Origin: a virus | Length of the DNA: 64,000 bases | Virus record (IMG/VR): IMGVR_UViG_3300028571_000013 | Location: 32,001 to 96,000 of that record | Direction: 5' to 3' (one strand) | Shown: in pieces, positions 15,585 through 26,519 of the stretch | Layout: every line of letters begins with the position of its first letter | Position numbering within the stretch: the first letter of the stretch is position 1 | Notes under the pieces: generated by a model | Told to the model about the DNA's origin: nothing | The model's database searches: none | What the model saw: the letters and a program-made list of their open reading frames with translations, nothing else | Translations under genes and position numbers: made by a program

Positions 15585-15758
15585 TTTTATGAATATATTA
15601 TATGCGAGTATTTTAAAAAGTAGATTAAAAACAAAAAATATTGAAAGAAATAATACTAATACAACAAAAGCATTAGACGGAGTCACATATCCATCTAAAG
15701 TAGATAGTAGAATTTTTGTACCAATTTTAAATAAAGCAGTATTAGCTTTAGCAAATGA

Positions 15759-15956
15759 TTAGATGCTAGTTTTAGGTCTTCCACGCTTTCTTCCAAGCTG
15801 TAGCTTGCGTCTTTGTCGTCGTATCATACTAATACTAATACTTTGTCCAGAAATCTTAGCCATCGTTTCTGACATCTCTTTATCGGTCATTTTATCATAA
15901 TTATTCTTGATAAAGTCCAAATCAGAATCGTCCCATTTCTTATATGTTTTGTTCAT
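15759..15956 (-). CDS. Small HTH/Myb-like DNA-binding protein with a C-terminal AT-hook
   Basis: KKWDDSDLDFIKNNY...MTDKEMS...RRQRRKLQL plus RKRGRPK; divergent from the sigma gene. Confidence 0.65.
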   Translation of the reverse strand: MNKTYKKWDDSDLDFIKNNYDKMTDKEMSETMAKISGQSISISMIRRQRRKLQLGRKRGRPKTSI

Positions 15957-16175
15957 TATTAGTTACTTCCTTTACATTGGTGTAATTATACCTATAATAG
16001 ATATATTATAGACCATTTTTTCTAACAGGCAACACGCCCAAGGCTTTTATGAAAGATATTAAATTTAATGTTGTTGGATCAACAATGAAGGTTGTAGCAT
16101 CCTCTAAGGTTAATATTGAAAAAGATTTAGAGCAGGATAATGATCAGGAACATAAAACTATAGCAGAATTACTTG

Positions 16176-16802
16176 ATGAGCAAAAAACAAAACAAGAAAC
16201 CACAGATAAATAAAGAAGTTTCTGAAGAGGATTTTCTAAAGACACTAGAGATTATTACTAAAAAATTAGTATATAAATTTAAGTTTGGATATCACGACGT
16301 TGATGATATGAGACAGCAAGCAGCAATATTTGCTTTGGAGGGTTTAGACCATTATGACTATTCTAGACCTTTAGAAAACTTCTTATGGACACATGTAAGA
16401 AATCGTTTATTTAATTACAAAAGAGATAATTACCAGAGACCAGACAAGCCGTGTCTTACCTGTCCATTATATAGACCAAATAGTGAAGGTTCTGATTGTG
16501 CACAGTTTAAGGATAAATTAAATTGTAATGCTTACAAGGTTTGGTTTAAGCGTAATAATAGTAAAAAAAATATAATGAAACCAGGATACATCGAGGATTA
16601 CGATCCTGAACAATCTAATAATAATTTTATAGAATCTATTTCTAATCAAGAAATTATAGATTATTTAGAAGATAATTTACCAACCAAATATAGAGAGATT
16701 TATTTAAAGCTAAAACATGGAACTAAAATCTCTAAGAACGATAAAACCAAATTACAGAACTATATAAAAAATAATATTTTACCTAAATTTAAAAAAGACT
16801 AA
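16176..16802 (+). CDS. Phage-encoded sigma70-family (region 2/4) factor
   Basis: Region-2-like DDMRQQAAIFALEGLDHYDYSRPLENFLWTHVRNRLFNYKRD; a CxxC..C..C insert; region-4-like LEDNLPTKYREIYLKL. Confidence 0.7.
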   Translation: MSKKQNKKPQINKEVSEEDFLKTLEIITKKLVYKFKFGYHDVDDMRQQAAIFALEGLDHYDYSRPLENFLWTHVRNRLFNYKRDNYQRPDKPCLTCPLYRPNSEGSDCAQFKDKLNCNAYKVWFKRNNSKKNIMKPGYIEDYDPEQSNNNFIESISNQEIIDYLEDNLPTKYREIYLKLKHGTKISKNDKTKLQNYIKNNILPKFKKD

Positions 16803-16803
16803 C

Positions 16804-17619
16804 ATGACTAAAAAACGTGGACAACTAAGTTTAGAAGAAGAAAAATATATCAGAGAGAATATAGAGCAGCAAACTGTGGAAGATATAGCTTCTTCTTTGA
16901 ATCGTAATCCTGATCCTATTAAAAAATATATAGAGTCAGAAAATTCATTTCCCCCAAAAGGAGAGCAACACGAAAACGAAATTCTAAAACTTAAATTACG
17001 ATCCAAGTCATTCTGGCAAGAAGTATGTAAGCAGTTTGATAAAGAAACTGGAGAATTACAGTATTTTGAAAATACATGGGTTAATTTAGTTAAACAGTTC
17101 CGTGAGGACGTTTTACCAGCAGAAGAATTACAAATCAAACAATTTATTACTATCGATATTCTAATTAACCGAAGTATGAAAGAAAGAAAAAGACATATCG
17201 CAGAAACGGAGAAGCTCCAAAAACAAGTCGATAAAGAATATGATAAACCAGAAGACCAAAGAGATATTGCTAGATTAGCTAATATGGAAACTCAATTAAG
17301 TTTTGCTAGGAATAGTATAGCAAGTTATACAAATGAGTATACTAAATTATTATCAGAACAACAAAAAATTAGTAAGGATCTTAAGGCTACCAGAGAGCAG
17401 CGTATTAAAAGAATTGAGGACGGTAAAAGCTCTTGGACTGGACTTATTCGTATGCTAGAAGAAGAAGAGATAAGAGAAAAAGAAGGTAGACAGCTTGAGA
17501 TTCTTAAAATGGCAACTGATAAATCCAGAGCTACTTTATATGACTTACATTCGTACCAGGATGGTCAGTTAGATAGACCCATACTTAATCATGAATCGGT
17601 ATTAGAAGATGACTCGTAG
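16804..17619 (+). CDS. HTH/coiled-coil protein, candidate terminase small subunit
   Basis: N-terminal HTH (TVEDIASSLNRNPDPIKKY), long coiled coil, position upstream of HNH and TerL. Confidence 0.45.
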   Translation: MTKKRGQLSLEEEKYIRENIEQQTVEDIASSLNRNPDPIKKYIESENSFPPKGEQHENEILKLKLRSKSFWQEVCKQFDKETGELQYFENTWVNLVKQFREDVLPAEELQIKQFITIDILINRSMKERKRHIAETEKLQKQVDKEYDKPEDQRDIARLANMETQLSFARNSIASYTNEYTKLLSEQQKISKDLKATREQRIKRIEDGKSSWTGLIRMLEEEEIREKEGRQLEILKMATDKSRATLYDLHSYQDGQLDRPILNHESVLEDDS

Positions 17620-17887
17620 ATATTATGATAGACAATATAAACAATGGATTAAAAGTATTTTTGAAAGAGACAATCATGGTTGTCAGTGGCCTCATTGTGT
17701 ACAGCCGCATAAAAAACTTAATGCTCACCATATAAAAAAGTGGGCAGACTATCCAGGCTTACGTTTTCATTTATCCAATGGTATTACTCTGTGTAAATAT
17801 CATCATGATCTAATTAAAAACAATGAAGAAAACTACGAGCTTTTTTTCTTAAAACTTTTATTAAACAAAAATGATGACAACAAGTAA
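17609..17887 (+). CDS. HNH endonuclease
   Basis: ERDNHGCQWPHC...LNAHHI...NGITLCKYHH. Confidence 0.9.
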   Translation: MTRRYYDRQYKQWIKSIFERDNHGCQWPHCVQPHKKLNAHHIKKWADYPGLRFHLSNGITLCKYHHDLIKNNEENYELFFLKLLLNKNDDNK

Positions 17888-18560
17888 TAATGCCTATTTA
17901 TATAATTTAATATTATCATCATCATTAATAAACTATGATGATCAATATACAGCCATATCTGGCATGGATGCTTCGCTAGCATTATATTTATTGAGCTATT
18001 CTAGAGAACTATTTTTCTCCTATATTACTAAGTTTAATGAGTGTTCTATAGTTGCCGATACTGATTTATTTTTTAATGTTTGTCTTGGTATTATACATAC
18101 TATACCGTCGGTTTCTCATATAGTTTATAATAACGAGCGTATTAGGTTTCAGTATTTAAATAGATTCAATTTTAATATTTATAGTCCTAGTAATTTATCT
18201 CCATTTAATATACTATATAATTCTAATGAACCTATCGAATATCTTTATAATGGTATTTTATTTAGAGTTCCTAGTATAGAGTCTGTAATCACTTATTGTA
18301 TTTATCAATATGGAGAGCTAAACAAAAATTTAGAATATTTAACCAATGTTGCTGTGTTATCTACCATTTATAAGTCATCTATTATAACTAATAATATACT
18401 GATTAATATACTTAAACTTAATATTAATATACAAAAAACCATTAAGAGTATGATTAAAGATATATCATCTGATAAAATAATGCCTGTTCCTTTTTTAAAC
18501 TTTTCTAACAATGTTGTAAAAAAAAGAACAGTAGAAATATTAGAGTTTTGTTATGGATAG
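17871..18560 (+). CDS. Hypothetical protein (very AT-rich)
   Basis: ORF overlapping both neighbours. Confidence 0.6.
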   Translation: MMTTSNNAYLYNLILSSSLINYDDQYTAISGMDASLALYLLSYSRELFFSYITKFNECSIVADTDLFFNVCLGIIHTIPSVSHIVYNNERIRFQYLNRFNFNIYSPSNLSPFNILYNSNEPIEYLYNGILFRVPSIESVITYCIYQYGELNKNLEYLTNVAVLSTIYKSSIITNNILINILKLNINIQKTIKSMIKDISSDKIMPVPFLNFSNNVVKKRTVEILEFCYG

Positions 18561-19026
18561 TAAATATAGTTTTAATATTGTTGTTGATACTAGAGAACAA
18601 AAACCATGGGCTTTTGCTGAGTGTAATACTATTCATAAAAAGCTTGATACTGGAGACTATTCAATTGAAGGTCTCGAAAATTTCTTATGTATTGAGCGTA
18701 AGAATTCAGTAAGTGAAATAGCTAATAATATTTCAGAACAAAGATTCAGGGATGAGATCGAAAGGATGTCAAACTATTTATATAAGTTTATTTTGTTAGA
18801 ATTTAGTTTACAGGATGTTTTAGACTATCCTAAAGGTTCTAATGTTCCTCCTAAGATGTGGTCCAAAATTAAAATTAGACCACTGTATATTTTAAAATTT
18901 TTAACAGAATTACAGATCAAAGATAATATACATGTCATCTTTTGTGATCGTCCAGCAGCAGCTGAACAGATGGCATTTTCTATAATTAAACGAGTAAATG
19001 AGATGCATACTAATGGTAAACTATAA
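18553..19026 (+). CDS. ERCC4/XPF-family nuclease
   Basis: VVDTREQ, GDYSI and IERKNSVSE give the VDxRE / GDxnERKxxxxE signature. Confidence 0.85.
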   Translation: MDSKYSFNIVVDTREQKPWAFAECNTIHKKLDTGDYSIEGLENFLCIERKNSVSEIANNISEQRFRDEIERMSNYLYKFILLEFSLQDVLDYPKGSNVPPKMWSKIKIRPLYILKFLTELQIKDNIHVIFCDRPAAAEQMAFSIIKRVNEMHTNGKL

Positions 19027-21037
19027 TCAACTTGATAATGCTTGGTTGGGGCTGGGAGATACAAATATCCTATCTCTACCTAAGAATTTAATGATTAATA
19101 GGTCGCAAAAAGACATAGAAAATCCTGATAGATTTTTAATCAAGCTTATGCGAGACCCAGCTAACTTTAGTACAACAGTAAAGCTACTGATGGATATAGA
19201 ATTACATCCTATACAGATAGCTATCATACAAGAATTTTGGGATAGGCCATTTCCAATGTTTATTGCTAGTCGTGGTTTTGGTAAATCTTTTTTATTAGCA
19301 TTATATTGTACCTTAAAATGTATTTTTGTACCAGGAACTAAGATAGTAGTTGTTGGCGCTGCTTTTAGACAGAGTAAAGTGGTTTTTGAATATATGGAAA
19401 ATATATGGCGAAAATCATCTATTATGAGAACGATTTTCAATGGTAATGATGATGGTCCTAGAAGAGATGTTGATAGATGTACTATGAGATATGGAGATAG
19501 TTGGACTATTGCTATTCCTCTTGGTGACGGTAGCAAAATTAGAGGTTTAAGAGCGCACATTATTATTGCTGACGAATTTGCTTCCATATCTCCAGAAGTT
19601 TATGAAACAGTAGTCTCAGGTTTCGCTGCTGTATCTGCTGATCCTATTGGTAATGTTAAAGCAGAGGCTAAAAAAGATCTTATGAAAGAACTAGGGATAT
19701 GGTCTGAAGAATTAGAGGATTTACAATATCGTCGTAGCAATCAAGCTATTGTTGCTGGTACAGCAGACTACTCTTTCAAGCACTTTGCCTCTTACTGGGA
19801 AAGATATAAAGCAATTATCCATAGTCGTGGTGATGATAGAGTACTAGCTGATCTTTTCAAAGGAGAAGTTCCATTAAATTTTAATTGGAAAGACTACAGT
19901 ATAGTTAGAATGCCCTATGAGCTTATTCCTAAGGGATTTATGGATGATAGACAGGTGGCTAGAGCTAAAGCTACCATTCATAGTGGTATATATAATATGG
20001 AATATGCCGCATGTTTTACTAAAGATAGTAGTGGTTTTTTTCGCAGGAGTTTAATAGAAAGCTGTGTCTCTGATGTTAAAAATCCTATATTAATTAATAA
20101 TCAACCTATTATTTTTGATGCTAAGGTGGTTGGAGATCCTAATAGAAAATATATTTATGGAATTGACCCTGCTAGTGAACAAGATAATTTTAGTATTATT
20201 ATTTTAGAAATTCATCCTAATCATACTAGGATAGTATATTGCTGGACCACCAATCGAGCTAATTTTAAACAGAGGCAGCAAACTGGCTTAGTCAATGAGA
20301 ATGATTTTTATGGATTTTGCGCTAGAAAAATTCGCAATCTAATGAAAGTATTTCCTTGTGAGCGAATAGGCCTTGACGCTCAGGGTGGAGGAGTAGCTAT
20401 TGAAGAAGCTTTACATGATACTACAAAAATTAATGCAGATGAGATTCCAATTTGGCCTATCATTAACGAAGCTAAAGATAAAGACACAGACAGTAAACCA
20501 GGACTACATATACTAGAACTTGTTCAGTTTGCTAGGGCCGAGTGGACAAGCCATGCTAATCATGGTCTCAGAAAAGACTTTGAGGATAAAGTATTATTAT
20601 TCCCAACGTTCGATAATTTAACTCTTGGACTAGCTCTAGCTAATGAATCACAAGATATTTTATCTACTAATTTAGACCCTATTTATGATACTGTAAGTGA
20701 GTGCATATTGGAAATCGAAGAGCTTAAAAATGAATTAACTACTATAGTCATGACACAAACTAGCAATAGTTCTGGAGCTAGAGAAAGATGGGATACTCCA
20801 GAAATTAAAGGATCTAACGGCAGAAGAGGAAGATTACGAAAAGACCGATATAGCGCACTAGTTATAGCTAATACTTTAGCAAGATCTCTTATCAGAGCTG
20901 ATACCCCAATTACTTATGACGTAATCGGTTCAACCAAGAATTCCTCTTTAAGCAAAGAGAAAATCTTATACAGAGGACCATCTTGGTTTACAGAAGCTGC
21001 TAATGAAGATTTATACCTTGGTATTTATAAAAAATAG
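19013..21037 (+). CDS. terL: Terminase large subunit
   Basis: Walker A ASRGFGKS, Walker B IIIADEF, RNase H-like YGIDPA ... KDRYSA; followed by the portal gene. Confidence 0.9.
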   Translation: MVNYNQLDNAWLGLGDTNILSLPKNLMINRSQKDIENPDRFLIKLMRDPANFSTTVKLLMDIELHPIQIAIIQEFWDRPFPMFIASRGFGKSFLLALYCTLKCIFVPGTKIVVVGAAFRQSKVVFEYMENIWRKSSIMRTIFNGNDDGPRRDVDRCTMRYGDSWTIAIPLGDGSKIRGLRAHIIIADEFASISPEVYETVVSGFAAVSADPIGNVKAEAKKDLMKELGIWSEELEDLQYRRSNQAIVAGTADYSFKHFASYWERYKAIIHSRGDDRVLADLFKGEVPLNFNWKDYSIVRMPYELIPKGFMDDRQVARAKATIHSGIYNMEYAACFTKDSSGFFRRSLIESCVSDVKNPILINNQPIIFDAKVVGDPNRKYIYGIDPASEQDNFSIIILEIHPNHTRIVYCWTTNRANFKQRQQTGLVNENDFYGFCARKIRNLMKVFPCERIGLDAQGGGVAIEEALHDTTKINADEIPIWPIINEAKDKDTDSKPGLHILELVQFARAEWTSHANHGLRKDFEDKVLLFPTFDNLTLGLALANESQDILSTNLDPIYDTVSECILEIEELKNELTTIVMTQTSNSSGARERWDTPEIKGSNGRRGRLRKDRYSALVIANTLARSLIRADTPITYDVIGSTKNSSLSKEKILYRGPSWFTEAANEDLYLGIYKK

Positions 21038-21091
21038 TGTATTATAAGTATAAATTGAATAATACCATTACAATGGGAATACAATACTATT

Positions 21092-23317
21092 ATGGCTAGA
21101 AAACGAACAAAAAATAACGCGATTCCTGATGCCCAGCCCAATAATGAAAAATTAGAAGCTTATGTAACATGGGGGGACGATCTAGAATCTAAGAAAAACG
21201 CACTAAATGAATCATCAGCTTCTTTAGATGAGTATAGCGGTATCCAGAAAACTACGGGTTATGCTAGGTATAGTAGGGATTTTTCTAATCTATCAGGAGA
21301 CACATCTGGTAGGCCAGGATTAACAAGATCGGATTATGACTATTTTAGACCAAGTGAATCTGTACCCCAACAAATCAAGAATGTTATCAGAACTGCTGAT
21401 GTTGTATATCAGAGGGTGGGTTTGGTAAAAAACGTTATTGATCTCATGGGAGATTTTGCTAGTCAAGGTATTAGACTAGTACATAGAAATAAAAGAATTG
21501 AAAGATTTTATCGTAATTGGTTTAATAAAGTGCGTGGACAAGAAAGATCAGAAAGATTTTTAAATAATATTTATCGTGTTGGTAATGTTGTGATAAATAG
21601 ACAAACAGCAAAAATTACTAAAAAGGTTGCAGATAATCTATACAAGGCATCTGGTAAAGCGGATATTATTTTATCTGAAGACGAGTTGATCGTAGAAAAA
21701 AAAGAAATTCCATGGAGATATACTTTTATCGATCCTTTCTATGTTGATGTTGTTGGAGATAGTTTATCTTCTTTTGTTGGTAAAAGAATTTATGAGATAG
21801 CTCTTCCCGGACAATTACGTAAAACTATCAACAGTCCTAAAAATGATTTGGAAAGAAATATAATTTCTCAATTACCAGATGATATTCTTCAAGCAGCTAA
21901 AAATAAAACCTCATATCTATTAAATGCTGATAAGACTTTAGTCTTTCACTATAAAAAAGATGACTGGCAGATATGGGCTTATCCCATGATTTATGCCATT
22001 ATGGATGATATTAATATTATTGAAAAGCTTAAGTTAGCAGACTTAGCAGCTCTTGATGGAGCCATTTCTAATCTTCGTATTTTTAAACTAGGAAGTTTAG
22101 AGCACAAGATAGCTCCTACAAAAGCGGCAGCTTCTAAATTATCTAGTATACTACAAAATAATGTTGGTGGCGGAACAATGGATTTAATTTGGGGTCCAGA
22201 TATTGAGTTAATAGAAAGTAAAACACAAGTACATCAGTTTCTTGGAGAAGGTAAATACACCCCTCACTTAAATAGTATTTATGCTGGGTTAGGTATTCCC
22301 CCAACACTAACTGGTACATATGGAGCAGCCGGAACAACCAATAATTTTATCAGTCTAAAGACATTAACACAAAGACTTCAGTATGGTCGCAGTATACTTT
22401 TGGATTTTTGGACAAAAGAAATTGAAATTGTTCAGAAGGCTATGGGATTCACATATCCAGCCAAATTAGAATTTGATACAATGGATTTGAGTAATGAAGA
22501 TACTGAAAAAGCATTATTAATACAGTTGGTTGATCGTAATTTAATTAGTGATGAATTTATTCAAACTAGATTTGGTTGTGATCCAGATATTGAGAAAACC
22601 AGAATTAATCGTGAAGACAGAGAGAGATCGTCACAGAGAAGAACTCAAAAAGCAGGTCCATGGTACGATCCTCAGTTTGATAATAGTCTTAAGAAAATAG
22701 TACTACAAACTGGCGTAGCTACACCTAGCCAAGTTGGTCTAGAACTTGACTCAAAGAAAAAGGGAGAAAAAACTTTATATGACCTTAAACTTGAGACGGC
22801 CCCTAAGCCAATTGGAGCACCACCTTCCGGTGGCCCCACAACGAAGTTGGTAAAAGATTTGCAAGAATCTTTACCTGGTGTTCCAGGTCAGGGTAGACCC
22901 AAAAACTCAAAAGACTCAGAGAAACGAAAAGAAAAAACATTTAAACCCCGTACAGGCGCTACCCTAAATGTTTGGGCGCAACAAGCTCAAGATAAAATTA
23001 GTGATATCATAAATCCACTTATTTTAGAATTCTTTGAAAAGAAAAATCTAAGATCTTTGTCTAATGAAGAAAGTAAATACTTAGAAAATTTAAAAACTCA
23101 AGTGCTATTTTCTATTAAGCCATACTCTAATATCGATGATAATCAAATTAGTCTTAATATTAAAGCTTCCATAAATCAAGACAAAAGTACCATATCGGGG
23201 TATGAGTATTGGTTAAGGTCTATATCGAATGATTTGAATAGACCATTGACCACGGACGAACAAAAAACTGTTAAGTCAATGTATTATTCAACAATTCATA
23301 CAACACTAGAGATTTAA
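21092..23317 (+). CDS. Portal protein
   Basis: 741 aa directly after TerL; helical core with a disordered Pro/Lys-rich C-terminal part. Confidence 0.75.
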   Translation: MARKRTKNNAIPDAQPNNEKLEAYVTWGDDLESKKNALNESSASLDEYSGIQKTTGYARYSRDFSNLSGDTSGRPGLTRSDYDYFRPSESVPQQIKNVIRTADVVYQRVGLVKNVIDLMGDFASQGIRLVHRNKRIERFYRNWFNKVRGQERSERFLNNIYRVGNVVINRQTAKITKKVADNLYKASGKADIILSEDELIVEKKEIPWRYTFIDPFYVDVVGDSLSSFVGKRIYEIALPGQLRKTINSPKNDLERNIISQLPDDILQAAKNKTSYLLNADKTLVFHYKKDDWQIWAYPMIYAIMDDINIIEKLKLADLAALDGAISNLRIFKLGSLEHKIAPTKAAASKLSSILQNNVGGGTMDLIWGPDIELIESKTQVHQFLGEGKYTPHLNSIYAGLGIPPTLTGTYGAAGTTNNFISLKTLTQRLQYGRSILLDFWTKEIEIVQKAMGFTYPAKLEFDTMDLSNEDTEKALLIQLVDRNLISDEFIQTRFGCDPDIEKTRINREDRERSSQRRTQKAGPWYDPQFDNSLKKIVLQTGVATPSQVGLELDSKKKGEKTLYDLKLETAPKPIGAPPSGGPTTKLVKDLQESLPGVPGQGRPKNSKDSEKRKEKTFKPRTGATLNVWAQQAQDKISDIINPLILEFFEKKNLRSLSNEESKYLENLKTQVLFSIKPYSNIDDNQISLNIKASINQDKSTISGYEYWLRSISNDLNRPLTTDEQKTVKSMYYSTIHTTLEI

Positions 23318-23319
23318 CT

Positions 23320-24930
23320 ATGCATATATATCAAGATGAGTATAAAGCTAACATAGCTGATAAAATCTTAGCCAATACAACACTGGCTTATTCCACAGAA
23401 GCTTTACTCTGCACAAAAAAAGATATAAGCTTTGCCAAGGCTAATTTAACAGATAATAAAACAATAAGTAGTTTTGATGATGAGGATCTCTACTATGTTC
23501 AATCAATTTTAGTTTCATCTTCTTGGAATAAGAATGATGATATTTTTGATAAAAAAGAAGTTTGGGCAGCAAGATATACTCCAGAAGATAAGCCCACAAA
23601 CTTAGAACATGATGAAGATCAGATTGTAGGACATATTATTTCTAATTGGCCAATTGATATGGATGGTATCACATTGGCAGAGAATATGGATATTAATGAG
23701 CTACCAGATAAATTTCATATCGTAACCGGATCTGTAATATATCGCAATTTTACATCACCAGAACTTAGAGATAGATCAGAAAATTTAATTAAAGAAATTG
23801 AGGCAGGACAAAAGTATGTTAGTATGGAATGTTTTTTTGATAATTTTGATTATGGTTTAGTTGATAAGAGTACTGGAGAATATAAAATATTAACAAGAGA
23901 TGATAAGACTTCATACTTAAGTAAACATCTAAGAGCTTATGGTGGGCTTGGAGAATATGATAACTATAAAGTTGGTAGAGTATTAAGAAATATTAATTTT
24001 TCTGGCAAGGGTTTTGTTAATAAACCAGCAAATCCGGAGAGTATAATTTTTGATATAGATGTGACTAAAAAAATATTAACCAAAAAAAATGTCCATTTTG
24101 ATAATAATAGTGTATCTAGTATAACAGAATCCCTTAACCAGGAGACAGATAAAATGAGTTTAGAAAAAGATATTCAATCACTGAAAGAAAAGGTCGAAGC
24201 CATGAGCGATTGTGGAACTATTGTAAAAGAAGCCTATAGTCGTATTAATGAGCTAGAGACCAAGATGCTTGAAACAGAATCGGCTATGAAAAAATATCAA
24301 GAAGATATGAACATGAAAGATAAAGAAATGGCCGAAAAAGATAAATTCTTAGAAGAATATAAGAATAAGATGCAATATGACGTAGCTTCTGCTGAAGCGG
24401 GTAAAGCTAATGAACTACAATCATTACAGACCGTTCATGAAGAAGTGGTTAAGGCTAAAGATTTAGAAATCGAAACACTTAAGAACGAACTTTCTGCCAC
24501 GAGTGAGGTCATTGATGCATATAAGACTAAAGAAGTCGAAATGATCAAACAGGCTAAAATTATGAGTAGAGTTTCTGAACTTGTTCAAGCTGGTGTAGAT
24601 TCTACTGTAGCAGAAGCTACGGTGAGCAAATTCGAAACACTAGATGACGAGGCATTTGCTACAATTAAATCTTTGGTACTCTCTCATATGCCAGAGTGGA
24701 TTAAACCAGTTGCTACTAGCGAAGTAACAACTGAATCAACCACTGAGGCTTCTGAAGAGAAAACTGGCTCCGCTGTTATAGAAGATGTTTTAGAAAACGC
24801 TGAAGTTGAACCAGGTGTTGATCTCAGTGTTGGTAGTGAAGATGACTCGGAAGTACAAAATACTAGAGCATCACTAATAGATTTTGTATATTCTAGACTA
24901 GGCAAACCACAACTTAATAAGGGAGAATGA
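23320..24930 (+). CDS. Prohead protease / scaffold fusion
   Basis: NKNDD..F, TNLEH, VSMEC and G.GFVNKPANP protease-like motifs, then an acidic coiled coil. Confidence 0.75.
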   Translation: MHIYQDEYKANIADKILANTTLAYSTEALLCTKKDISFAKANLTDNKTISSFDDEDLYYVQSILVSSSWNKNDDIFDKKEVWAARYTPEDKPTNLEHDEDQIVGHIISNWPIDMDGITLAENMDINELPDKFHIVTGSVIYRNFTSPELRDRSENLIKEIEAGQKYVSMECFFDNFDYGLVDKSTGEYKILTRDDKTSYLSKHLRAYGGLGEYDNYKVGRVLRNINFSGKGFVNKPANPESIIFDIDVTKKILTKKNVHFDNNSVSSITESLNQETDKMSLEKDIQSLKEKVEAMSDCGTIVKEAYSRINELETKMLETESAMKKYQEDMNMKDKEMAEKDKFLEEYKNKMQYDVASAEAGKANELQSLQTVHEEVVKAKDLEIETLKNELSATSEVIDAYKTKEVEMIKQAKIMSRVSELVQAGVDSTVAEATVSKFETLDDEAFATIKSLVLSHMPEWIKPVATSEVTTESTTEASEEKTGSAVIEDVLENAEVEPGVDLSVGSEDDSEVQNTRASLIDFVYSRLGKPQLNKGE

Positions 24931-24932
24931 AC

Positions 24933-25391
24933 ATGGCTTTAAAAGCAGATCGCGTTGAAAGTTTCACAGATATTTCCTACTTCATGAATACGACCGGCGA
25001 CAGAGGTGGCATTGTTGTGTTTAGTACTGGCGGCGTTGGATCGGCTATGGACGATGCTGATGCTGTTGTACGTTATCCAACAAGTGGTCCATCTGGTACT
25101 GTACCAGCTGGTGTTTTACTAAACGACGTTGTGAATCTTGATCTAACAAGACAGCACATCAATTGGCACAAAGACGAGACTCAAGTTGGCGGCAAGGTGT
25201 CAATTCTCCGTAGAGGTCAGGTCAGTACAGACATGATTGTTACTGGTCAAACCCCAGCTGCTGGCAATGCTGCTTACTATGGTACTGACGGAAAATTTAC
25301 TACCGTTTCAACCAATAGTGTTAAAGTTGGCACCTTCTTGAGTAGTAAAGATACCGAAGGTTACGTTAAAGTAGACATCAATATTACCTGA
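24933..25391 (+). CDS. Head decoration / capsid cement protein
   Basis: ~150-aa Gly/Thr-rich beta protein between the scaffold and capsid genes. Confidence 0.65.
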   Translation: MALKADRVESFTDISYFMNTTGDRGGIVVFSTGGVGSAMDDADAVVRYPTSGPSGTVPAGVLLNDVVNLDLTRQHINWHKDETQVGGKVSILRRGQVSTDMIVTGQTPAAGNAAYYGTDGKFTTVSTNSVKVGTFLSSKDTEGYVKVDINIT

Positions 25392-25409
25392 AACTAGGAG
25401 ATAAAAATA

Positions 25410-26414
25410 ATGGCAAATACTAGATTTGAACCGACATCAGAACTTACAGAACTTTTAGTGCGCAGCGGCTCTGCTGAAAAAGATCAGTCTTTATCAGCAA
25501 ATAGAGAGTTTGCTAAAGCACTAGAGCTTCCTCTACGTCAGGCTCTCCTTAATGGAGATATTCTGAATGGTATTTTTGAGCCAATCAAGTTAGCTCAAAG
25601 TGCTACTCCAGAATTTCCATTAGACTTTTTAGCTCCTGGTACTGAGAAAGACTTTGTTGCTTATACAATTCCAAACCACGGTTATATTCCAGAGCGTCAT
25701 GTCGAGGGTGATTACGTGATGGTGCCAACATATGATATTGGCGCTAGCATTGATTATCTTCTCAAATATGCTCGTGATGCCCGCTGGGACGTTGTTGGCA
25801 GAGCAATGGAAGTCCTAGAGGCCCAGTTTGTTAAGAAGATGAACGACGACGGCTGGCACACACTATTGGCTGCTGGCGTTGATCGTAATATTGTTGTTTA
25901 TGATAGCGATGCTGCTGCTGGTCAGTTTACAAAGAGATTAGTTTCTCTTATGAAAACTGTAATGCGTAGAAATGGTGGAGGTAACTCTGCTAGTAATAAC
26001 AGAGGCATCCTCACTGATCTCTATGTTTCTCCAGAAGCAATGGAAGATATCAGAAACTGGGGTATTGATCAGGTTGACGAGATTACTCGTCGTGAGATTT
26101 ATACCGCTGCTGATGGTACTCTCAACAGAGTTTTCGGTATTAACCTACATGATCTTGATGAACTTGGCGAAGGTCAAGAATATCAAGAGTTCTATGACAA
26201 TGTTCTTAGCGGCACATTGCCCGGTGGCGATACTGAAGTCGTTGTTGGTCTTGATCTTCGTAAGAGAGACAGTTTCATTATGCCAGTTCGTCAAGAAGTT
26301 CAGATTTTTGAAGATGATACCCTTCATCGTCAGAAGCGAGCTGGCTTTTACGGCTGGAGTGAGCAAGGCTTTGCTGTTCTAGATAACAGAAGAGTAGTAC
26401 TCGGCTCTCTTTGA
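25410..26414 (+). CDS. Major capsid protein (HK97 fold)
   Basis: 334 aa, AGGAG RBS, canonical position, followed by a terminator. Confidence 0.85.
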   Translation: MANTRFEPTSELTELLVRSGSAEKDQSLSANREFAKALELPLRQALLNGDILNGIFEPIKLAQSATPEFPLDFLAPGTEKDFVAYTIPNHGYIPERHVEGDYVMVPTYDIGASIDYLLKYARDARWDVVGRAMEVLEAQFVKKMNDDGWHTLLAAGVDRNIVVYDSDAAAGQFTKRLVSLMKTVMRRNGGGNSASNNRGILTDLYVSPEAMEDIRNWGIDQVDEITRREIYTAADGTLNRVFGINLHDLDELGEGQEYQEFYDNVLSGTLPGGDTEVVVGLDLRKRDSFIMPVRQEVQIFEDDTLHRQKRAGFYGWSEQGFAVLDNRRVVLGSL

Positions 26415-26441
26415 TTTAAAGCTGTGTTGTTGTTCCAAAAG

Positions 26442-26472
26442 AAAAGGCTGGCCTTCTGGCCGGCCTTTTTTT
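26442..26472 (+). terminator. Intrinsic terminator after the capsid gene
   Basis: aaaaggctggcc-ttct-ggccggcctttt plus T-tract. Confidence 0.85.
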
Positions 26473-26519
26473 ATGGTGTATATAATATTATTATTCATAA
26501 TTAACTACTGGATATAACT

